Positions 57,592 to 64,000 of a stretch of DNA of 64,000 bases are shown piece after piece. The notes under the pieces were generated by a model, which ran no database searches, was not told the origin of the DNA, and was given only the letters and a program-made list of their open reading frames with translations. The number at the start of each line of letters is the position of its first letter. Position 1 is the stretch's first letter. The DNA lies in NCBI GenBank assembly GCA_965368975.1, contig CBDUPA010000001.1:800001-864000 (forward strand), in the 5' to 3' direction. A program made the position numbers and the translations under genes. The DNA is from an uncultured bacterium. Its GTDB lineage: Bacteria; Acidobacteriota; Thermoanaerobaculia; Multivoradales; JAHZIX01.

Positions 57592-59207
57592 ACCAGGCTG
57601 TCGAGCTCGAGCTGTTCACCAACCGATTCGCCGCGATCGCCCGCGAGATGGGGGAGATGCTGCAGCGCACGGCACTGTCGACCAACGTCAAAGAACGGCT
57701 CGACTTCTCTTGTGCCGTGCTCGATGCCCAGGGGGAACTGGTGGTCAATGCGCCGCACATCCCGGTACACCTGGGAGCTTTGGGGCTGTGTGTGCGCCGG
57801 GTCGCCGCGGCGCTGCCGCTCGGGCCCGGTGATGTCGCTGTGACCAACCACCCGGCCTTCGGTGGCTCGCATCTGCCGGACGTCACCGTGATCACGCCGG
57901 TGTACAGCGAACCTGACCCCGGGGCCGACAGCGTCCGTGCCCCGCGCGTCCGCGACCTGCTCGGGTATGTTGCCAGTCGTGCGCACCACGCCGAGATCGG
58001 CGGCACGCGTCCGGGCTCGATGCCGCCGGACGCGAAGTCGTTGGCGGAGGAGGGAGTGGTGCTCGAGCCGCAGTACCTGGTGCGAGCTGGTGTTGCTCGC
58101 TGGGACGACCTGCGACAACGGCTGTGTGACGGGCCCTATCCCAGCCGCTCGGTCGAAGAGAACTTGGCCGACCTGGCTGCTGCGGTGGCGGCCAACCACC
58201 GCGGTGCGGCGGGGCTCCGCGCGCTGGCGGGGCACCATGGTGCCGCGACGGTGGCGCGCTTCATGACCCGGCTCCAGGACCAAGCGTCGGCACAGCTGGA
58301 AGCGGCGTTGCGACGCCAGGGTGACGGCGTCTACCGAGCCGAGCAGCGTCTCGACGATAGTTCCCTGCTGTGCGTGCGATTCGAGATCAGCGACGGCCGC
58401 GCACACCTCGACTTCACTGGCTCGGCGGATGTCCATCCAGGCAACCTCAACGCGACGCCGGCGATCGTGCGCAGCGCGGTGCTCTACGTGCTGCGCTTGC
58501 TGCTCGACGAACCGCTGCCGCTCAACGAGGGGCTGCTGCGTCCGGTGACGCTGACCCTGCCGACCGGCATGCTGTCTCCCGACTTTCCCGACGATCCACG
58601 GCAAGCGCCAGCGGTGGTCGGTGGCAATGTCGAGACCAGCCAGCGTCTGGTCGACACGTTACTGTTGGCGCTCGAACTGGCTGCTTGCAGTCAGGGGACG
58701 ATGAACAACCTGCTGTTCGGCAATGAGCGCTTTGGGTACTACGAGACCGTGTGCGGCGGTTGTGGTGCTGGGCCGCGCAGGGGCACGGGCGACTCACCGA
58801 GGCAGGGATTCGACGGGGCCTCGGGGGTCCACAGTCACATGACCAATACCCGCATCACCGACCCGGAAGTGCTGGAGCACCGCTATCCGGTGCGCTTGGA
58901 GCGTTTCGCGCTACGTCGCGGCTCGGGGGGAGCGGGGTATTGCACTGGCGGTGACGGCGTGGTGCGCGAGCTGACCTTTCTGGAGCCGATGTCGATCTCG
59001 TTGCTCAGTCAGCACCGCGTCGAGCGCCCCTATGGCCTGGCCGGAGGTGAGTCTGGTCAGCCGGGACGCCAGCGCCTGGTGCGGGCCGGCGGAGCCACTG
59101 CAGAACTGGCCGGGATCGACGCACGCGAGGTCGAGCCGGGCGACCGCCTGGTGCTGGAGACCCCGGGCGGCGGTGGCTGGGGCGAACCAGCTACCGATCG
59201 TTCCTAG
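57588..59207 (+). CDS. Hydantoinase B / 5-oxoprolinase C-terminal module
   Basis: [57 protein letters not shown]. Confidence 0.92.
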   Translation: MNQAVELELFTNRFAAIAREMGEMLQRTALSTNVKERLDFSCAVLDAQGELVVNAPHIPVHLGALGLCVRRVAAALPLGPGDVAVTNHPAFGGSHLPDVTVITPVYSEPDPGADSVRAPRVRDLLGYVASRAHHAEIGGTRPGSMPPDAKSLAEEGVVLEPQYLVRAGVARWDDLRQRLCDGPYPSRSVEENLADLAAAVAANHRGAAGLRALAGHHGAATVARFMTRLQDQASAQLEAALRRQGDGVYRAEQRLDDSSLLCVRFEISDGRAHLDFTGSADVHPGNLNATPAIVRSAVLYVLRLLLDEPLPLNEGLLRPVTLTLPTGMLSPDFPDDPRQAPAVVGGNVETSQRLVDTLLLALELAACSQGTMNNLLFGNERFGYYETVCGGCGAGPRRGTGDSPRQGFDGASGVHSHMTNTRITDPEVLEHRYPVRLERFALRRGSGGAGYCTGGDGVVRELTFLEPMSISLLSQHRVERPYGLAGGESGQPGRQRLVRAGGATAELAGIDAREVEPGDRLVLETPGGGGWGEPATDRS

Positions 59208-60856
59208 CGCGTCTCTTCCAGGCGGAGGTTGACGTACGAGTCGGTCGATGAATATTGGTCACGCGCGCCGACCGCGACCTTGAGTTGTTCCGCGTGCTGC
59301 GGGACGCTCAGCTTGTAGGCCAGGAATTCAGGGGCGTTGCTGAGCTGTGCCTCGGGGATTCGGATCGGCAGCTTGATCTCGCGTAGCGGTTGGAATTCGC
59401 CGTCCGTCACCACTGCCACGATCAGCTGCACCAGACCGTTGTGTACCTGGTCTTGTGGCACCAGGGTGATCTGCGACAGCGGCAGGCGGATCATCAGATC
59501 CTGTTCGGTGGCGCCCGGTTCGGGTGGCGCGGCGTTGGTCAACTCGATGCGCAGCCCGAGGCTGTTGTCCAGGTTGTCGAAGTCGAGCGCGGCGATCGTG
59601 GTCTGTGCCATGCGGTCCCGCGCTGAGCGAGCGACATAGCCTTGACGGTGGCGCACGCGGGTACCGCGGCGCTTCACGCGGACGTCGATCTCGTGGTATT
59701 TGCCGTCCGACTCACCTATCGAGTAGCCGAGCGAATAGTAGTAGTCGAGGTCGCGCGCGACGCGGCCGAGTGCGCTACTGAAGTTGGTGGTGCGCGTGAT
59801 GGCGACGCCTCCGGTCGATTCGGCCAGGTACTCCATCGCCAGCTGGCCGTTGCCGAAAGTCTGGTTCTCCAGGAGATTCTGTGCTGCCAGTCCTGAGCCT
59901 TCGGCGGACAGCAGATCGCCGCGGTAAGCGCTCGCGGTGTCGACGGTGTAGAAGGTGACGCGGCTGGCATTGGCTACCTGCGCCATGCGCTGGTAGGCGC
60001 CCTCGAAGTTGTTGCCGGCGGGCAGCCCATCACTGATGTAGAGCACCGCTTTGCGGTGTGGCAGGCCGGCCAGCGAGTTGACGAAGTTCTCCATCGACGC
60101 GACGGCGCCGCGGATCTGATTCTGCGACTCCTGCGCGTTCTGCTCGGCACTGGCGTAAGCGTCACCAACCACCGCGGCGGCATTGGCACCTCCGGCCTTG
60201 CCGGCGTTCTCGATCTCCTGACGCGATAGATCGATCTCGCTCTGCTGCAGGCCGCGGGCGGTGGTTTCCTTGGCTGCCGCGTCCACTGCCGTCAACAGCA
60301 GGTTGCGGTCGCGGGTGAAGGGCTGGGCGACCCGCAGCGAGGTGTTGGCCACGACCAGCATGGCAGGGTCGGTGCTGGGCAACTGATCTTCCAGGAAATC
60401 ACGGACGGCTGGCATGACGCGCGCGCGGTTGCGCGGATGGATGTTGTAGTTGTCCAGGTAGAGCACGACCAGCAACTCTTGCTCCACGCGATCCAGGACC
60501 TCGGTGCCACCGCTGTCGACGGTTTGCAACTCGGTCGGTGCCTGCGTGTCCGGATAGCTGCGGCGCACGATCGAGAAGTTACTGATGTCGACCCGGTCGC
60601 CATCTTGGTAGACCTCGAAGTCGTCTTCGGTCAAGTCGGTGATCGGATTGCCGCTCCGATTGGTCACCATGACGTCGACGTTGACCACCTGCACGTCGAC
60701 CACGTCGACGAACGGCTGTTGTTGCGCCTCCTGCGCGTGCGTCGAAGAGGCCGGGGCGAGGATTGCGAACAGGGCGGCGGCGCAAACCAGGATGCCTACC
60801 GCGTAGGGGGCTCTGGTCAGGCTGGGTTTGCACGAGGTCTGGGGCAGAGAGGTCAT
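59204..60856 (-). CDS. VWA-related domain protein, acidobacterial type
   Basis: Signal peptide, VVNVDVMVT..G.PITDL..DDFEVYQDG, RKAVLYISDG, LAESTGG, YYSLGY, YHEIDVRV, RHRQGY. Confidence 0.88.
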   Translation of the reverse strand: MTSLPQTSCKPSLTRAPYAVGILVCAAALFAILAPASSTHAQEAQQQPFVDVVDVQVVNVDVMVTNRSGNPITDLTEDDFEVYQDGDRVDISNFSIVRRSYPDTQAPTELQTVDSGGTEVLDRVEQELLVVLYLDNYNIHPRNRARVMPAVRDFLEDQLPSTDPAMLVVANTSLRVAQPFTRDRNLLLTAVDAAAKETTARGLQQSEIDLSRQEIENAGKAGGANAAAVVGDAYASAEQNAQESQNQIRGAVASMENFVNSLAGLPHRKAVLYISDGLPAGNNFEGAYQRMAQVANASRVTFYTVDTASAYRGDLLSAEGSGLAAQNLLENQTFGNGQLAMEYLAESTGGVAITRTTNFSSALGRVARDLDYYYSLGYSIGESDGKYHEIDVRVKRRGTRVRHRQGYVARSARDRMAQTTIAALDFDNLDNSLGLRIELTNAAPPEPGATEQDLMIRLPLSQITLVPQDQVHNGLVQLIVAVVTDGEFQPLREIKLPIRIPEAQLSNAPEFLAYKLSVPQHAEQLKVAVGARDQYSSTDSYVNLRLEETR

Positions 60857-60881
60857 ATCATGTCTCCTGGCGAGTCCGGCT

Positions 60882-60922
60882 CAGTCTTTGGCGATCCAGT
60901 CTGTGGCAAGTCAGTCTGTGGC
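60882..60922. repeat. Three direct repeats CAGTCT(T/G)TGGC with a 15-bp period
   Basis: cagtctttggc-gatc-cagtctgtggc-aagt-cagtctgtggc, upstream of the VWA gene start. Confidence 0.75.
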
Positions 60923-60939
60923 GTGCCGCTCTTGGCGCG

Positions 60940-61407
60940 TCAGTGGCAGCCAACCCTGAGTTCAGTGAGTTCATCATCTTCAGCCAGCCATCTTCCGTAC
61001 GACACGTACAGCGTAGCGAAGGAGGCCTCAGAAGCATACTTGTCGCGCGCGTCGACTGCCACAGTCGAGCGTCGGTCGATGTTCGGTACCCTCAACGGAT
61101 ACGCACGATACGGTGGCATGGGGCTACGGGTTTCTTCCAGCATGGGCAGAGGCAGAGTGGAGGCTGCGTCATGAGAGCTGCGTCACGGTGTGCCCAGATG
61201 TAAGCGGGCGAACGAGTCGCGGGAGTTGTAGGAATCACGTGCGCCGACGGCGACGGTCAGGGAATCTCGGTAGTCGGGCAGGTCGACCTCTGCAACGGGG
61301 GCGTTCGCGGAGGTGGATTCCTGGGCCAAAGCACTGTTCAGCCGCGCCTCGGACAAGCCGAACGAGGTCAGGCTGGCGAGCAAAGCTGTCAAGAGAATCC
61401 GATGCAT
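60940..61407 (-). pseudogene. Two in-frame mini-ORFs, each resembling the C-terminus of the VWA protein (remnant or small secreted protein)
   Basis: 61183-61407 has an RBS and signal peptide and ends LTVAVGARDSYNSRDSFARLHL. After one in-frame TGA the same frame gives STVAVDARDKYASEASFATLYV. The VWA protein ends LKVAVGARDQYSSTDSYVNLRL. Confidence 0.55.
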
Positions 61408-61587
61408 GGCGAATTCCTCTAGGTCCCGCCGGTGTAACCCTCCGGCGCTGGCGTCGAGATGAAAGACGATCTGCCCTGGACCAACAGAGGTATCGGAAGA
61501 GTTATTCCGCCCACCTCTGACCGATCAGCTGTAAGCTGCTGGCTCTGGGCGACTCGAAGCCCTGTTTTCGAAGTACCCTACGCGACG

Positions 61588-62850
61588 ATGCCCGAGGCCC
61601 CGAAGTTCTTGCGCCTTTTCCTGCCGCTGGTTCGTGTCTACCGCGATGCCTTCGATGGCTTGCCGCGCGATGCCTGGTGGTTGGCGCTGGTCGCCTTCAT
61701 CAACCGCGCTGGCCTCATGGTTCTGCCGTTCATCAGCTTGTATGTGGTGCGGCAACTGGGTCTGCCGGCGAGTTCCGCGGGCATCGTGCTGCTCGCTTTC
61801 GGTCTCGGCTCGGTGGTCGGCTCGGTGCTCGGCGGCCGTCTGTGCGCCAAGGTTGGGGCGCTGCGCATGCAGTTGGTGTCGCTGCTCGCCGGTGGCCTCG
61901 GGTTCATCGCCCTCGGTACCCTCGACTCGATGGTGACCCTGGTGCCGGCCGTCTTTCTAGTCAGTTCGATCAGCGACGCCTACCGGCCAGCCGCCATGGT
62001 GGCGATGGTCGAATTGTCGCCTCTGCCCGTGCGTACGCGGGCCCTGTCCCTCATGCGCCTGGCGATGCACCTCGGGCTGACGGTTGGACCCGCGGTCGGA
62101 GGCCTGCTGGCGAGTGTCGACTACAAGCTTCTCTTCTGGGGTGACGGTCTCACCTGTATCGCGGCCGGGTTCGTCCTGTACCGCGTCTTGCCGCCCCGTC
62201 CGCTGCGCGGTGCAGGCGGAGAGGTTGCGCAGGCGCAGACGGAGATGGCCGCGGATGACGGAGCTGTCCACGCGGGACCTCTGCAGGACAAGCCCATGTT
62301 GGTGTTCTTGAGCATGGTCTTCGTCATGGCCTGCGTCATGTTCCAGTTCGCCGGCAGCCTGCCGCTGTACCTGACGACGGTCTATGCCTTCAGCGAGCGT
62401 GGAGTTGGCCTGCTGTTCGGTTTCAAGTCTCTGCTCACCGTTCTGTTCGAGATGCTGATTGTGCGGGCTTTCGAGCATCTGAAGCCGATGCGTATGTTCG
62501 GAATGGGTGCCTTCTTCCTTTGTGGTTGCTTCGCCCTGCTCGCTCTGCCGGAGCCACCATGGCTGGCGGTGGTCATGATGGCGTTGTGGTCGCTGGGTGA
62601 GATGCTCGCGATGCCGTTCTCCAACATCTTGGTCGTGTCGCGGGCCCCGGAGGGGCGCAGCGGGGCTGCGATGGGGCTGTATACCGGGGTCTTCTCCTGT
62701 GCCATGGTCGTCGCGCCTCCAGCCGGGTTGTGGCTGTTCGATCACTTCGGAGGTGAGGTGTTGTGGCTGACGGCGGGAGCGATGGGGCCGCTGTTGTGGG
62801 CCGCTGCGCGCTTGCTGGAGCCAAGGTGGGGCCGTCGAGGTTCTGAATGA
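61588..62850 (+). CDS. MFS transporter
   Basis: About 12 transmembrane helices, FINRAG.MV.PF..LY, GPAVGG, GEML.MP; start moved to ATG 61588. Confidence 0.9.
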   Translation: MPEAPKFLRLFLPLVRVYRDAFDGLPRDAWWLALVAFINRAGLMVLPFISLYVVRQLGLPASSAGIVLLAFGLGSVVGSVLGGRLCAKVGALRMQLVSLLAGGLGFIALGTLDSMVTLVPAVFLVSSISDAYRPAAMVAMVELSPLPVRTRALSLMRLAMHLGLTVGPAVGGLLASVDYKLLFWGDGLTCIAAGFVLYRVLPPRPLRGAGGEVAQAQTEMAADDGAVHAGPLQDKPMLVFLSMVFVMACVMFQFAGSLPLYLTTVYAFSERGVGLLFGFKSLLTVLFEMLIVRAFEHLKPMRMFGMGAFFLCGCFALLALPEPPWLAVVMMALWSLGEMLAMPFSNILVVSRAPEGRSGAAMGLYTGVFSCAMVVAPPAGLWLFDHFGGEVLWLTAGAMGPLLWAAARLLEPRWGRRGSE

Positions 62851-62936
62851 GGTCCACGACCGCAGCCCGTGTGCTCAGTACGCTCAGCCTATAGAATCGG
62901 AGCGAGCTGACTACGGAGAGAGGGGAGACGCGGCAA

Positions 62937-64000
62937 GTGACCTGGCAGATCGGGCTGGTTCTCGGGATTCTGGTGACGGCAGTCGTGCTGTTCGTCACGG
63001 AGAAGCTGCGTGTGGACGTGGTGGCCCTGCTGGTGTTGGTGAGTCTCGCCTTGACAGGTTTGGTCGAGCCGCGGGAAGCGCTGGCTGGTTTCAGCAACCC
63101 GGCTGTGATCACGATCTGGGCCGTGTTCATTCTCAGCGGTGGTTTGACGCGCACGGGGGTCGCCAATCTGATCGGCCACCGACTCTTGCACCTGGCGGGG
63201 GCCAGCGAGGTGCGGTTGATGGCGTTGATCATGGTGACGGCGGCCTTGATGTCGGCGTTCATGAACAATGTGGGGGTGACCGCCCTGCTGTTGCCGGTAG
63301 TGATGGACTTGGCCCGCAAGACGGGCACGGCACCGTCCAGATTGCTGCTGCCGCTGGCATACAGTTCCCTCTTGGGGGGGCTGTTGACGCTCATCGGCAC
63401 GCCCCCCAACATCTTGGTCAGCAGTGCCCTGCAGGACCGCGGCCATCCACCGTTCGAACTCTTCGACTTCACGTCCGTGGGCGGCGCGATCCTGGTGGCC
63501 GGAGTGCTGTACATGGTCTTCGTGGGGCGGCATGTGTTGCCACAGCGGGATCTGGCCAGTGCCGAAGGGGGCCATGCGAATGGCGAGGAGTTGTCCCAGG
63601 TCTACAACCTGGACGAGCGGTTGTTCGCCTTGCGCGTTCCAGAGGGATCGACGCTGGCCGACAAGACGCTCGGACAGAGTCGCCTGGGCTCGGCTCTGCG
63701 CCTGAACGTGCTGGCCATCCTGCGCGGCGCGGATAAACACCTGGCACCTCAACCGGACGTGCGGCTGGAGCCGGGGGATCGATTGCTGGTCGCGGGGCGG
63801 CCTAGCCAGACGGCAGAGTTGCTGGGCAGCGAGCAGATGGTGCTGGAGGCGTCGCAAGATCTCCACACGAAACGGCTGGTGTCGGAGCGGGTGCAACTGG
63901 CTCGCGTGAGGTTGATGCACGGTGCGGAGCTGGTCGGGCACTCACCGCGGGAGCTGCGCCTGCGTCGCCGTGGACTCAACCTCCTGGCCCTGCAGCGCCA
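62937..64000 (+). CDS. SLC13-family permease with TrkA-C domains, runs off the window end
   Basis: Translated by hand from GTG 62937 (GGAG RBS): VLFVTEKLRVDVVAL, GFSNPAVIT, SAFMNN, TLIGTPPNI, then a TrkA-C-like region (STLADKTL, LNVLAILR). Confidence 0.88.
   Translation, partial: MTWQIGLVLGILVTAVVLFVTEKLRVDVVALLVLVSLALTGLVEPREALAGFSNPAVITIWAVFILSGGLTRTGVANLIGHRLLHLAGASEVRLMALIMVTAALMSAFMNNVGVTALLLPVVMDLARKTGTAPSRLLLPLAYSSLLGGLLTLIGTPPNILVSSALQDRGHPPFELFDFTSVGGAILVAGVLYMVFVGRHVLPQRDLASAEGGHANGEELSQVYNLDERLFALRVPEGSTLADKTLGQSRLGSALRLNVLAILRGADKHLAPQPDVRLEPGDRLLVAGRPSQTAELLGSEQMVLEASQDLHTKRLVSERVQLARVRLMHGAELVGHSPRELRLRRRGLNLLALQR

Noticed and set aside
61183-61185. Selenocysteine or programmed read-through at the in-frame TGA
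   Set aside because: No SECIS-like hairpin is evident after the codon, and the stop falls where the homologous VWA protein naturally ends.

Overview
High-GC bacterial chromosomal segment. The gene content suggests Acidobacteriota, possibly Thermoanaerobaculia (acidobacterial-type VWA protein, sulfatase-TPR proteins, ECF sigma/Ser-Thr kinase-TPR pairs); this taxonomy is inference. About 43 genes are supportable. Housekeeping genes: hemE, hemG, dnaB, tRNA-Leu(TAA). Others: a vapBC toxin-antitoxin pair, two secreted zinc metalloproteases, three sulfatase-fold proteins with Thr in place of the catalytic Cys/Ser, three membrane Ser/Thr kinase-TPR receptors, two ECF sigma factors of the phosphorylation-activated type, an orphan B12-type radical SAM enzyme, a MurL-like protein, and a GGDEF-EAL protein. 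Best candidates for undescribed biology: (1) a ~175-nt five-hairpin non-coding RNA (11960-12134, minus strand) with two-part complementarity to the ribosome-binding region of the downstream secreted protease gene; (2) a chemosensory cluster with no receptor gene (cheA, cheW-HEAT fusion, cheR, cheB, cheW, HEAT) whose divergent cheY heads a unit with a Ser/Thr kinase-TPR receptor and a small DP-EP-like protein; (3) two mini-ORFs that repeat the C-terminal strands of the adjacent VWA protein. No CRISPR array, rRNA, integrase or transposase was seen. All family calls come from motif reading, not database searches.
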